In this document: in pieces, positions 23,301 through 31,000 of the stretch
Layout of the letters: the number at the start of each line of letters is the position of its first letter
How positions within the stretch are numbered: position 1 is the stretch's first letter
Source of the DNA: Pavona decussata
Taxonomy: Eukaryota
Reading direction: 5' to 3'
Assembly: GCA_977016875.1 (NCBI GenBank)
Contig: CDRNST010000104.1
Span: forward strand, 3,410,001 to 3,474,000
DNA length: 64,000 nucleotides
Made by a program: the position numbers and the translations under genes
Notes under the pieces: model-generated
What the model saw: the letters and a program-made list of their open reading frames with translations, nothing else
What the model was told of the DNA's origin: nothing
Database searches by the model: none

Positions 23301-26300
23301 GGCGTATTACCTGGAGTTTCAGGCAATCATGTTGCCGAACAGGCTATTGCACAACCAGGATCGAATGCTGGAGAAGGTCAACCGAAGCATACCTCAATTA
23401 ATGTTAACGTGGCCGCCAAATCTATCGTTCCAAAGAAAACTTCAAAGAAAAATAAAAAATCCCACAATCCGAAATTTACAGCTTCACAACGAAGAAATAT
23501 TCCTAAAAAGTCTGCGATGGAAAAAGGGTTTGAAAAGCGCGAGAGGATTTCTCTTTTAACGCGCTTTCCTGCAATGCAAGTATTGCCCCAAACGTTTAAG
23601 CAGGACGGCGTATTGATGCCTGCTTTCAATACTTTACCGGTTAATCACAGAATCAAGGGTAATGGGATGCTCTTGGAAGAATTACAAAGGCAGAGAAAGC
23701 ACCAAATTCCAAAAACAGCTAAACATAATGACAGAGGCAGTCAAACAGACAAGGAAAACAGTGAACAAGTCAAACCAAAGGAAAACGCAAAAAAACGCCA
23801 GTTCTACGGCATCTCGCAATCAATGCTAACATCTCAACCATATGTATTAGCACCACAACCTAAAATCCATCTAAGACCCAAAGTTTCAGTCAACGTGGAA
23901 GTCAGTAAGAGAAAGTCTGCGTTTCCAAACGGAAAATTTCATTTAGAACTTAAAGATGTAGAAAGTGGGTTTAATCGCAACGAAATGAAACCAGAACGGC
24001 GAGTGTCTGGAATAGAACAGAAGATTCAAATGCCAAATGTGGATACGCCTCGAGTGCGTCAGATTCCCTCGAAAGTGCAGCGACACAGAGTGACAGTTCA
24101 TGGAGAAAGAGCAACAAAGAAGGGAGTGAGACAGCAAGTACTCAAACGAGGACAAAACAGCGACAAAAAACGGCAAATATACGGCTTTTCGGAGTTACCA
24201 AATCAGGGTTTAATGCAGCCATTGTCGTTAGGCAGCCAAAATGAACCGCTTGGATATTTACCTAGAGCACTACACAGTCCACGTATTTCTATCAATGTTG
24301 AGGCGTCAAAGCGATCACCGGACCCTTCACATGATGTCCAAAAACGCCAACTGCTTGGTCTACAACCCGATGCCAAGGAAACCCTAGATCAAGCTCAAGA
24401 ACCCGTTCCATCTGGGCAACCAACATATCAGTCGGATGACCTAGTTGCGGAAGATGCTGCACAGTTACCTATCCAAGTACAAGATCAATCCCGGGAAAAT
24501 GAAGTATCGCCTATGGCTATTGAATCAAATCCCACAATGACACAACAACAGCAAGTCCAAGACCTATCACCAGATAGCTTAGAACCTCAGGATGCTTTAA
24601 CTGATATCTTTAATAAGCGTCCACGAGTTTCTGTTCATGTGGAGGCTTCGAAAAGAGGGAAAAACGAAAGGAAACTACGAAGTGCTTTAAATAGAAAACA
24701 ACGCAGCGTTAAAGAAAAAACGGGCGGCAAAAGACAATTTCAACAAATGGAACAAGGGGCGAGAGATTATGGGCCTTATATGCAAGGACAAAGACCTGTC
24801 ATGGATACTCAGCAGTTAGTGGTCGAACAACAGCAACAGCAAATTTCTCAGCCACTGGATTTTATTTCCCCTGTTGGTCAACAACAGAATGTTGAACAAT
24901 TTCAGCCAGTAATGTTTCCAGTTGCGCAGCCAGGGGAGGCAAAAGCGAGACCAAAAGTGAGCATAAATGTTGAAACCGCAAAGTCTTCCATATATGGACA
25001 CAGTGACCATTCAAAGGAATATGGATCGGAAAAGAAAACGAAGCGACAACTGTTTGGCACCGTACCCCTTCTTAGTTCCCTTGGACAAACAACAGCACCT
25101 GGTGATTCACGAAAGATAATTAACCCAAGGTCATCTGTACCCCTCTTAACGGAGAAACCTGCAGACAAAAAAGATCTGCGATTGCGGAGAAGACAGCTTT
25201 ATAATTATCTAGGAGGCCAACAGGAACAGATTCTTCCTACCCAGGCGATACAAGATACCACTGAGTTTGAACAACAACAGCAAGAACAACAACAGGACAT
25301 ACCAATACAGGCATCTCAACAGGATGTTCCTGTAAACCTGCAGCAAGCCTCTGTATTGGAATCAAGTAATCAGTATCAAGGCCAAATAGAGGAACCAGAA
25401 AACAGTCAGACAGCTCCTGCCATACCCACTCAACCTGAATCATCATTTAACCCTCTTGGTACAATTCACCGTCCTCGTGTGAGTATAAACGTTCAAACAG
25501 CTAAATCAAAAGTGCCAAGCATGATGAAAGCCAAAATACCAAAATCAGAAAACAAAGGATCTAGTTCCCAGGACCACGAAAAGAAGAAATTCAAAAGACA
25601 GTTTGATATCCTTGGTGGCGGTGGTGAAATTGAAAGACGGCGGCGCCCAAAGTTTTTGACAGCACCACCATTAAAGAAAGGGCGGGGTGAAAACCTATTC
25701 GGTTTGGGCACTAATGTGAACAAGCCCGTTGAAGTCTTTGCAAATCCAATCGCGAACCTTGTTGCTGGACGAAAAAGACCAAAGTTTGGGGGAATTCAGA
25801 TCGATAGTCCCACAGATGTTGGAGCTTTACGGCTTAAAGGAGGTGCCAACCCTTTAGGAGGTGCCCTCGCTTCTGATGTGGGTGCACCACCTATAATTCA
25901 AGACAGTGCCGCAGCGGGAATTGCCCCATTTGTTCAGGAACCTGCAGCGACTGGCAGTAATCCTTTTTTACCTCCGAGTGGTATCGCAGGGCCTCAAATT
26001 GATGCTCTTGAAAAAGGAGACACTGGTACCTTACCAATAGCTGGACCTCCTTTGAACAGACCAGCAATTATTCCGTTACCTGCTCTCAATCAGGCTCTCT
26101 TCCAAAACTTGCCTTTGGCAACTGCTACAGGACCACCTACGGAACGTCCTCTACTACTTTCTCCACGAGTGCTTCCGCTAGCCCCAATCCTACCAATGGC
26201 AGTACCACCTCCACCACCACTGGCAGTACCACCAGAAGCAGTACCACAACCGCTACAGACTCTAGATGAGGCAGGACCAGAGCTGCAACATGATCCTCAG

Positions 26301-26507
26301 ATTGGAGCCGTACTCCCACCAGTAATTCCCATGCCATTTCCGAACATTGCAGCACCTCCGCCACTTCCCAAACCAGAGACCTTGATCCCGGAGTCCGACG
26401 ATGATAAACCATCGGTGCATGTTAATGTGGAAACGTCGAGATCGCATGTTCCTGATACGAAACATCATTCCAAGCACCAAGCGACTGGCCGAGCCAATCG
26501 TGGCTAG
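8331..26507 (+). CDS. Giant single-ORF secreted His/Pro-rich modular polyprotein precursor (cluster gene 2, 6058 aa)
   Basis: An 18,177-nt ORF with no internal stop. Signal peptide MFGRSPPNILATSVVCFLLFLQFQWSPTQA, 18 His-Pro heptad modules, ~14 C-terminal modules mostly opened by KR-Q, many dibasic sites, and AATAAA at 26810. Confidence 0.93.
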   Translation: MFGRSPPNILATSVVCFLLFLQFQWSPTQAKPYSKQEFLSTYTAGNLGGVREEDWPEFVNYNNGQNIERSKRSPTEVEDETLDSLVEKTLSVRARKRQGIETPIQPLNSDSPLDLPHFSTEEHVRSKVNQPDSESVGVTVEEEKKADDDISSTKDSKGGDNNVKPATGNESNELHQDENVSSSNENLNNNKQRGTENKENLAAQDKSDSSKVSLNTDSSTDNKNSKDTGESKADLSRSVDENAQVRTVQGTSQINKIGNIPNDKSGSKSTPLDNDQSSSVTASTKTNQQEIQTTNTNNANKQQVDTDVSKPTAAKPETSGLVSSNQKPAAPSEQRPPTNSQLSEESKPINTVPQIKNEPEEPVRDALGNSGSEIVTTHSPREPEPELDSYSERSAEAKPSNGPEVGHFQVDDKSADLEINANSAGVKVKAKPASLQVVSRPGSHAASGAQERSLFGHYHYPPYHVHHHWYPGLRRSYGHFHRRHFFNPYPPFPERRSFERFYDEAPFYRRRLHYWYPHRHRHHFPDSYLYERSQLEEPEEPLRYRRRRRHKRRFRHMNGPYRRQFYNNIPITNGMESTPMGVPPEEGTMPQLPIGPLQPFAQRQNIITPMPPPINVAGNPPPGLLGGMNAENFPMNEMSNFNGINQVNGAFNGMGNMGTTGFNSPEQIGAIEGLPVGMNGGLEGMQAAEQTPGITRELPNRKTLAEEPRKAFKKTAIVSGKKDNHTTTKEHSHDQNTALKNKHSEEGKKMQTTGSTKKAKINLKSWEKTLKRYHRLNKFTSKSHEKHQFRRSTKSSSLDSETKNTEGKVLQKHRISHLHSQRAKDTKGKRKNEIIMHRPPIIYHPPPEIYHRPDIVVHRAPIMLHRPPIIYHQPPVVVHRPAIIYHQPPIVFHQPPPMVHQPILRSHDTWVTKPVVYHTASTVSHDKTYFGVPSHVYTGSYGEGCHGGHCSYRKGSVPHRNNSQATLHKIKTKRDSLSDYMAYFTSLWKANGMTKRNVHDDYDFITSRDGAKQKLIYTSVNSGGISKRDSATDYNRYIHSIWNHKVKREAGDLKNGTEKKKKKDVVVNRPPIIYHPPPEIYHRPDIVVHRPPLVIHRPPIIYHQPPVIVHRPAVVYHQPPIVFHQPPPAVSQPLLYSHDSFTVHPTFFATHHGSVVRDFGHYVGVPNVITNYGNPLFGRGPPIGKRSKIETPNSVNETLSKSSNSTGTTSKKATIQDNKKKEKNDTSEKAKKKNTVLVHRPPIIYHPPPEIYHRPVIVVHRPPIMIHRAPIYYHQPPVVVHRPAIVYHQPPLIFHQPPPMVHQPILRSHDTWISHHVVVPYSSSVMHHHTYVGVPDAFTVHHFAGGHSFYKSDILRHNDRDNERASERNEITGKKTSTEKQKDLPKKHKITSHDKTKHTLNLKIKKAAAQKGGKKNAVIVRRPPVIYHPPPEIYHRPEIVVHRAPIVIHRAPIIYHQPPVIVHRPAIVYHQPALIFHQPPPIVHQPFYRSHDTYVHMPVARLYSSRINHLGHTYHIPHAYYHGHGGVIHHMAYDKSKVPQKQHIKDEKGETRTTVKKRKKSKTEKTSHHAERKHATLTKSKDKTETGTKLHKNHKILYHKAKETTEKANKKNSVVIHRPPIIYHPPPEIYHRPDIVVHRAPIVLYRAPIVYHQPPVVVHRPAIVYHQPPIVFHQPPPMVHQPVLHSQDTWVTKPVAIPYASHVHHIATYRGVPHEEIFMHGIGTGAFGKSRVPVRGTRRNKIDSVGDERKNQTDNKETKEAKNLNESNDKGKNRTTRAAYSEKQGKDTIGAAERIIRALTDSLTDKRLEFMVKKNPIGVGARIQRSLQNIFPVYGDSLSLTASNPHNSIKIPGQSVGAVTRIQRSNGAFWSPVGAGARIRRAVAEPWNTLEGENPYEMNKRSSEESENPSTPDENADKNTNSTKKTILIIRRPPILYHPPSHMIHRPSIVVHRPDIIVHRHPIVFHRPPILVHRPPIIIHRQPVLIHRPPVIVHRPPLVFHRPPIIIHRRPYIIHHHPILFHRPPIIIHRGPQMIVHHSHLIHHYPMHMIHMHCPGCGFGKSTVARLQGKRTDQDGKKTSNSDRQHKDATVKDSQRKDSNLPKRSVADKKLKKSSREEDHNKKKKDGHKKKKDVVVNRPPIIYHPPPEVYHRPDIVVHRAPILIHRPPIVYHQPPVVVHRPAVVYHQPPIVFHQPAPAVNQPLLFSHDSFVVHPMAFASHMGSVVNDAGHYVGLPHGGVTNYPGSISHGPTGHIIPYLNPPNWSRRAQVSKPLDEKHTKINHGKNNKDRKRSSGTTDGTHRRSAGNSRKLVIQESKETKGERKNKVIVARPPLIYHPPPEIYDRPDIIVHRPDIVIHQPSVVYHQPSVVVHRAPVVYHQPPVVFHQPAPMVSQPVYHAHDTYMAHPVYHPQESHISHSATYVGAPHYYPGYNSYGWGLQGNIPTAHIQPTPQIPQYGYTTGPTHPGFSGYTPYSASLGNAFGRSKVENKKKDKFKDKETKLKNATKKGRTSRSVELSKRHVHHHHHHHHRHHHHGIHYRGRKRFYPLHPMASFAHPGHRKHVVIIHQPPLIYHPPPQVYTRPDILMRLPPLVYHRPAIMFQQPPTVVHHPQIVYHQPPVVFHNPPSIVHTPVIHTREMLSPHLQHVMIPTSSYMHSVGNFFEPGVSGTAYGKAHIERTDASKDSLKSEADMETKSKNKNEKSHEKRDVSNEPEKEMKDTKISKKQNVDLVVHQPPVMYHPPPDIIDKPAVVMHQLPIVVHRPPILIHRPPVVVHSPPVIIHRAPIVLHDTAPVYHVPHGNFFHPMRYAFGKSTVEGENQQRNKDKHSKEKHDEKTSQTKGAKHSNTEKAKRKNTVLVNRPAMIYHPPPEIYHRPNIIVHRPDIVIHRPSIVYHQPSVLIHKPPIIYRQAPVVFHQPPPMVHEPILHAHDSYLAYPVALPYTSHIHHAATYVGAPHFFDQPHFGGFGGYVGHAFGKSEVEETKKTHRSDEKESKNKKHTNTEVRKNLRSTRDVDSEKTTKENKKSTSTVSSKGHKKNKVVINRPPLIYHPPPEIYDRPDVIVHRPDIVIHRPSIVYHQSSVVVHRPPIVYQAPSVVFHQPPPLVNQPIMHAHETYVAHPVPVPYTSHIQHTSTYVGSPHHYPGGWHYGWSQPQPYGFTWSQHQPFGLAFGKSNVPAAKLKSSGNHKPANKHKVKRAEKDQAKKNDKNISPKSEGTGKKKNQVLIQRPPLIYHPPPDVYHKPDIIVHRPDIVIHRPSVVYHQPSVVVHRPPVVYHQPPVVFHQPSPMVSQPVLHAHDTYVAHPYFTPYSSDVYHCGSYVGAPHCYNGGWGEHGYGFAHAFGKSKIQVANKKQKHQKYKSKDLKGHRRTLEKEIKEAVDEIKLKKEAKKGIRAKKKNLVIMRRPPLVYHPPPEIYHKPDVIVHRPDIVIHRPSVVFHQPSVVVHRPPVIYQQPPVIFHQPAPMVHQPILHSHDTYFAHPHFVPFASHLHHAGSYVGAPHFYPGGWGLGGHTDDFHHAFGKSKVEKSSKQHVKSDHENKDGNDDDGEKRSPPEATDSSEENKHKGKIKEATKGHKKNLVIMRRPPLIYHPPPEIYHKPDIILHRPDIVIHRPSVVFHQPSVVVHRPPVIYHQPPVVFHQPSSMVHQPIFHSHETYVAHPHFVPYLSHLTHAGSYIGAPHFFPGHWGPTHGFGHLAAHAFGKSKVEKAAKKVNTKAVTPRAKSEEAVHFKTKREAKHENLHRDLSGVNQKAKLKQQYWKATGEKAERKAVHLHPEKETKKGHHKAHRKNLVLIQRPALIYHPPPEIYDRPAIIVHRPDVVIHQPSVVYHQSSVVVHRPPIIYRPPPVVFHQPAPMVHQPMYTSHDIYHSHPHFVPYASHIKHTQTYVGAPHYYPGGWRYGYGFSEASIPQHAGLNGWNAFNSPWYQPSLYRANYLTPTGVASPSGIRRRYQSAFAKSDVQKHDAKTEDLKDNHKKKDEGSQKSHHVQEKTGKRNRRSTESTKRRQGKGRKTDEGGKKNVVMIRRPPLVYHPPPEIYHKPDVIVHRPDVVIHQPSVVYHQPSVVVHRPPVIYNQPPVVFHQPAPMVNQPIFHAHENYMAHPYFVPYASQIHHTGTYVGAPEFFHEVRAFGKSDVSNNKSKSKKPHEKSEKKNKMVKIDKRKSAKGMVFHPQEEREEKPSRKNDIVVSRPPIIYHPPPEIYHRPDIVVHRAPIVLHRPPIIYHQPPVVVHRPAVVYHQPPVVFHQPPPTVHQPILHSHDSFVVRPAAKFFPQGSTLTHTMNYVGIPNHVIHGDELAFHHFHRSQIEHSGRDTSYKKPSTVQVAKSTISKIPTTNKENTQTTITDQTQKKTLRSIIRHHKLTKRQLIGSHSLFGSFSPINNIQDSEKSVEQNEKLSTIPGDTSIRENSIAKRQLIAPESIESVFPNFMRNSLPSVYNTLEMAALQNQALAASEDSPVSDKVDQVHLPGFTPTLPTLHGIGRSGIERYPFLLKHYLPGAPKDDSPDVRVHIETAKSSIPIKARGKRQIIPIFQQQEPPQAYPALYQSPGLENLEGAIREATPSSVYRLFSPYNAMSHPGADPYHYLRIPSASLHHPRVNINVQSARSTIPHIGHAIQKRSNNKKSKRQFLAVMPPLSSRLPVGLGGGIMPLPFSPYSALSRFPYPLLPRLDYPQEPETEETAFTEALPVLPRPSSIPHTPYSGFSEDQDNDSPSFNPVASYLAALYNGYFGYPFYRPHKKPKVHVEVHASKSQIPKVTENRKYGHSRISKRQLYNFLPRSPVIANHYTLPAALNYGIQGFHQNSPHVSINVETAKRQGIPSLLKEKRSPVAKKLKQHEQRRTGDKRDQLLQNGENGQESFPYQENSNSVATQDNQFVISRESSQPQEEIATNNNEIAQPLAQQQLLQEAAGQQQEQQEAEQQQEEQQQRQLEQQEQQQTIVQQPEPFPNQLTMEPFQAQQLAFRAPLTPMQVPMQPPGQPAFNAPFVAPFMAPVQGVFPGVLPGVSGNHVAEQAIAQPGSNAGEGQPKHTSINVNVAAKSIVPKKTSKKNKKSHNPKFTASQRRNIPKKSAMEKGFEKRERISLLTRFPAMQVLPQTFKQDGVLMPAFNTLPVNHRIKGNGMLLEELQRQRKHQIPKTAKHNDRGSQTDKENSEQVKPKENAKKRQFYGISQSMLTSQPYVLAPQPKIHLRPKVSVNVEVSKRKSAFPNGKFHLELKDVESGFNRNEMKPERRVSGIEQKIQMPNVDTPRVRQIPSKVQRHRVTVHGERATKKGVRQQVLKRGQNSDKKRQIYGFSELPNQGLMQPLSLGSQNEPLGYLPRALHSPRISINVEASKRSPDPSHDVQKRQLLGLQPDAKETLDQAQEPVPSGQPTYQSDDLVAEDAAQLPIQVQDQSRENEVSPMAIESNPTMTQQQQVQDLSPDSLEPQDALTDIFNKRPRVSVHVEASKRGKNERKLRSALNRKQRSVKEKTGGKRQFQQMEQGARDYGPYMQGQRPVMDTQQLVVEQQQQQISQPLDFISPVGQQQNVEQFQPVMFPVAQPGEAKARPKVSINVETAKSSIYGHSDHSKEYGSEKKTKRQLFGTVPLLSSLGQTTAPGDSRKIINPRSSVPLLTEKPADKKDLRLRRRQLYNYLGGQQEQILPTQAIQDTTEFEQQQQEQQQDIPIQASQQDVPVNLQQASVLESSNQYQGQIEEPENSQTAPAIPTQPESSFNPLGTIHRPRVSINVQTAKSKVPSMMKAKIPKSENKGSSSQDHEKKKFKRQFDILGGGGEIERRRRPKFLTAPPLKKGRGENLFGLGTNVNKPVEVFANPIANLVAGRKRPKFGGIQIDSPTDVGALRLKGGANPLGGALASDVGAPPIIQDSAAAGIAPFVQEPAATGSNPFLPPSGIAGPQIDALEKGDTGTLPIAGPPLNRPAIIPLPALNQALFQNLPLATATGPPTERPLLLSPRVLPLAPILPMAVPPPPPLAVPPEAVPQPLQTLDEAGPELQHDPQIGAVLPPVIPMPFPNIAAPPPLPKPETLIPESDDDKPSVHVNVETSRSHVPDTKHHSKHQATGRANRG
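10815..21227 (+). repeat. Coding array of 18 His-Pro heptad modules within gene 2
   Basis: Recurrent core RPPIIYH-PPPEIYH-RPDIVVH-RAPIVLH-RPPIIYH-QPPVVVH-RPAVVYH-QPPIVFH-QPPPMVH-QPILHSH-D, separated by Lys-rich spacers. Confidence 0.95.
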
Positions 26508-27128
26508 GCTGACAGAGAAAATAGTGCGTGAGGTATGGAAAAGATGTTTTACGATTGCTGCTTAGATAAAGATACGCACTGGACAATCAATGACTTAACC
26601 GTAATGCTGTAAATTAATTGGGGTGATAAATTCTGTTGGTGTGGTATAAAGTAACAATAACGTAAGGTTGTTTTGTAGTTAAAAGATAAATTAAACAATG
26701 TTTGAAATCATAACTTCCTACAAGTTACAAATGATATCTCACAAAATAGTCAAAAGCAATTCTTATCATAAGTAAAGCTACTTCACAACTACATAATAAC
26801 GATTAATTAAATAAAGAGTGAAGAGTAAAATATTTTTTTAAAACGTTTGCTGAACAAAGCCTTTCTAACTCAAAGGTACATGTAAAATATGTTTTATCAA
26901 AAGTAGCCCAACCAGCCTGAAATTCGTTGAGACTCTGCTAGTCTTATTTTCAGTGGGTCGATTTATTTTTTCAAAACAAAGTGCTATAAATACGCTTAAC
27001 GCGTGGAACGCAAATATGACACACATCTAAGGAAGCTACATAGATTGGCATGCTCCAAGATTTAATACAACGAGTCTTATTTAAGAGAAGCAATACGAAC
27101 AGCTCGGAGTATTTCGAGCCATATTTCT

Positions 27129-27259
27129 NNNNNNNNNNNNNNNNNNNNNNNNNNNNNNNNNNNNNNNNNNNNNNNNNNNNNNNNNNNNNNNNNNNNNNNN
27201 NNNNNNNNNNNNNNNNNNNNNNNNNNNNNNNNNNNNNNNNNNNNNNNNNNNNNNNNNNN
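27129..27259. other. Assembly gap (N run)
   Basis: Run of N. Confidence 1.
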
Positions 27260-27301
27260 TTATTAAAAATGACCAAAAATGGGGCGTGGATGGGGCCTAA
27301 C

Positions 27302-28045
27302 ATAATAATAATAATAATAATAATAATAATAGTAATAATCTTTGTTTATCGTTGGTCAATGTTTTTATCACAAGGTGTATTTGTTAGGCCGAGCTTTAAA
27401 TGTCACAAGGAAATAATTTTAATTGAACATTACATAATTGAAAATCCACAACTGGAAGGAGGAGGACCAGCTGGCTATTTACAATCGTAGCCAACGCATT
27501 GAACTCGGAACTGCCGAGAAGAAACTCTAACTAGCGCTCAGAGTGGTACGCTAAGGCCCCATCCACACTAATGCGTTTTCAAAAGTGTCCGTTTTGATCT
27601 CGGCTAAAATGAAGCAAAATATTTCCATCCACACTAGCGTTATCGTGCCGGTTTCACGTATCCACACTAAAACGCTTGAAAACGACTGGAACCTAGGATT
27701 GCGCATGTGTTTACATCACAAGACCATCCGCCATCTTGGATAGATGCTCCAATCTGGACTGCAACCGATTGCATGTGACGCTTTTTACATCACCGTTTTC
27801 AGAAGTCTCCCTTTTCTCCAGTCCACACTAGAAGCGAAGCGTTTTCAAAAACGATGCGTTTTCAAACGTCTCCTCTTTTGAAACTGTTTTCGAAAGTCTC
27901 CGTTTTCAATGGCGTTTTCGGGCGTTTAGTGTGGACGACAGGCGAAATCGCATCAAAAAGTATGCGTTTTCAAACGAAAATGCATTAGCGTGGATGGGGC
28001 CTAACACGAGCTCTCCGGAATACAAGTCGCGCACCCTTACCGCTA
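27302..28045 (-). mobile_element. Degenerate tRNA-derived SINE interrupted by a MITE
   Basis: The reverse complement resembles the SINE at 34985-35210 (caactggaaggaggaggaccagctggctatttaca vs aaatagccggctggtccacctcctgccagttg). (TAA)n tail at 27302-27339; the tRNA-like head resumes after 28004. Confidence 0.65.
27555..28001. mobile_element. PIF/Harbinger-type MITE (447 bp)
   Basis: TIRs ggccccatccacactaatgcgttttc / gaaaatgcattagcgtggatggggcc; TAA TSD at 27552-27554 and 28002-28004; internal tccacacta subrepeats. Confidence 0.9.
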
Positions 28046-31000
28046 ATGTAGTGCGTGATTTCTTGTTTAGCGTACTAGAACATAAACATATTTAACGGCT
28101 TGCATCTTTGTCTTGTCTATTCTCTTCTTTGGTAATTTAACAACTATCCGAAAACTGCAGGATGGGCTGGTTTTGAATGATATACATGTAATGGAAACAT
28201 TAGCAATACTTTTTTAAAGCAACGAACAGACCTCAAGGTGTCCCAGCACAAACTTTAGTGCCTATGCTTGGCCGCCAATGAAATGCTATGTCCAGAGTTA
28301 GCGTCCGTTCCCAGGTCTTTGTCCAAACAGAGTCCAAAGTGAGGGCCTCCACTAGAAATACAGAGAGAATATTATTTATAGAAAAATAGAGAAAAGTCCT
28401 GTGAATTCCTTTAAAAAAAAATCGAATCTTTTCCACGGCGCAGTAAAAAGAAGTTTATTCTCTTCACATAGGACAAAGTAGAATTGCACCGGACTGACAG
28501 CTAAGAACTTCATTGATTAGATTCATTTTCACTGGACAGAAATATTTTTTTCGGAGTACAAGCAAGTCACAAAGCAGGTTATGTTATGAATGATGAGAAG
28601 GGCACTATCTTCACCTCTGTCTCGTTATTTGTAGACAAAAAGCAACTTTCCTAAGCCGTTTAATCCTGGGTTATGTCTTAAAGTAAAAAAGGCCCACTTT
28701 CACCGTATGAGTACGTTTTTCGTCTGCGCACTATTTTGTGCTGGTTTATGGCCATCTCACATGAGCCTCTTTCACAAATCTTTTTTATAGGGCCTGACGT
28801 AGGAAGAATAAAACAACCCAAGCAAGCGTCTGTTGTGGAGCCGCCGTAGGCGCGAAGTTCCTGTAGATACTTTCAAGAGCCACAAGTTGATTCAAGGCGG
28901 TCATAGTGCTTTATTGCATTTGCTTGGAAGTGGTTAATTTAGCCGCCACAGTAACTTAACTTGTGTTTGAACACTGCTTGAACTTAAATGCAATAAATTG
29001 AAAACATGATTGAAATTTCCTCATGTTCTATGAGGGCAACGAAAACAGTAAAGTGTATTTTGAATAGCCAGTGGAAGTAAAAAACATGTTTCTACCTCGG
29101 ACGGCAAATTTACCCGCATTAATAATTATTATTAACATCTACTGTATTGTTCCTAGGAAAAGGAATCTCACTCTTCTTGTTTGGCTCATCATTTTTCGTT
29201 GAATTCAAATGTACTCGGATAAATTTTTTCCAAAAGCTTTTCTGCACGGTGCCAGCTAATGCAAGGCATACAACAAGCTGAAACGTTTAAGACACGATTC
29301 TTTCTTGTGTAAACTTTTCACGATCGTGGAATATTGTAATAACGAACTGAGTGTTCTGGATAGTAAAAAATGTTTACACGGCTCAAGGAAGTATTGGCTT
29401 GAGCTTGCTGTATGTATACGCAGCAAACAAAATAGTTTCGTGCAAATTAGCTTTTTTAAAATTTGATAATCTATAACTCGAAGATCTTGGTTTTGAAACA
29501 ACTTCAATTACTATATATATCCAGGTTGTTGTCCAATGGTAAACAACCTGAATAAAAAAGTGAACCACGCTTTTCCTAAATTTGCATGACTGAATAAAAA
29601 ATAACGAGATCTTCATGGCTCCAGAGTATCACAAAGGATAATACAGGAGACTAAACAAAATATGCAACCTTAGCATACATTTTCTATGAATAAAGGCTTC
29701 AATGAAGTTGAAAGTCATTTTAGAAGCAATTGTCACAATAAAATGTTGAATTTTAATTAAACTGTATCAAACTCTTGTTTGCCCGACTTCTCCTCACCCT
29801 TCTCAGTGCCCAGTAATTGTGAAGAACAGCTCCCCACTACCGACTGTCGGCCAACAGTCAGCCGACAAACGGCCAACAGTCGGCCGACAAACAACACCAC
29901 TCTTTCATTGACACCTCCGTTTCCATGGAAATGAAGGTAGCTTAGTAGTGAGTTCATACTAGTGCTTGCTATCATCTTTGTTGGTGTAAATTGCCATACT
30001 ACTTGCTAAGCTCTCTTCCCACGTTCGCTCTACTGTCCACATTCAATAACTCATGACAAGAACATAATTTGGCTTATGATAAATGGCCATGGATGCGAAT
30101 GATATCTCATGTGCTAAAATTGTAGAACAGCTGTAGGTGGTCGCCCTGTCTCATGACGTGAAACATCCATTAGAATAACCTAAGGACTGCATGGTGGAAA
30201 ATCTGACAATCTGATTTTGTAATTTTTAAGAGAATGTTCTGGAATCAAAGGCCTGGGATTAAGATTTCAGAGTTTTTTATTTATGCACTACTTCAATAGC
30301 TTACTACAAAAGGAAATTATGATACATCACAAAAGTAACATAAAGACAACATTAAATTACATATAAATCATCGAAGGTAAAATATGCACAGTGACCAAAG
30401 GAGCTTAGGCTTTCGAGTTGGTCACATGCCATGTGCAGCTAACTGGGAAATTAAAAAAATAATAATACAAAATAAAAAAATATATATTATATAAAAAAAT
30501 ATCAGAAATAACTCATTTTCACAATATTCTATGTTTGAATGTATTTGTCAATGGATCAACCATGCTCATAGAGAATGAAATTGAAAGTTCTTGGTTTTTT
30601 ATTTACTTTGATAGCTTGCTAAGGAGTTTTCGTGTCATCAATAGTCAGCCATTATCATAACCCAGTGATTGATTAAATATTTAGGCAAAGTCGCAAGCTG
30701 ATTGGGCACACAAGGACATTCTAGTTCAAATAGAATGCCTCCGGGAATGCATGCAAGAAAAATTGCCCAAATCATACTGAAGCCAACTACCATGCAACCC
30801 CCATATAATGAAGTGTCAAGGGGCTGTGAAAATGTGTTCGTGATAATGTCTAGGTTAATTATAAATGAATCTCTAAAAACTGAAAGCGGAAAAGATGACC
30901 ACATAGAAAGGTAGCAAGTTTGACAAATTCAAATTAAAGGGGCTAGGTCACGCGGTGACGGTGAGCCTACGCGTACAATCTGTCAAAATTCTTTTGTTCT

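Noticed and set aside
26971-27490. ORFs spanning the N gap (likewise 44999..45391)
   Set aside because: Artefacts of translating through N runs.
29818-29895. Short cggccgaca/cggccaaca repeats
   Set aside because: Likely a subterminal fragment of a DNA transposon; too short to classify.
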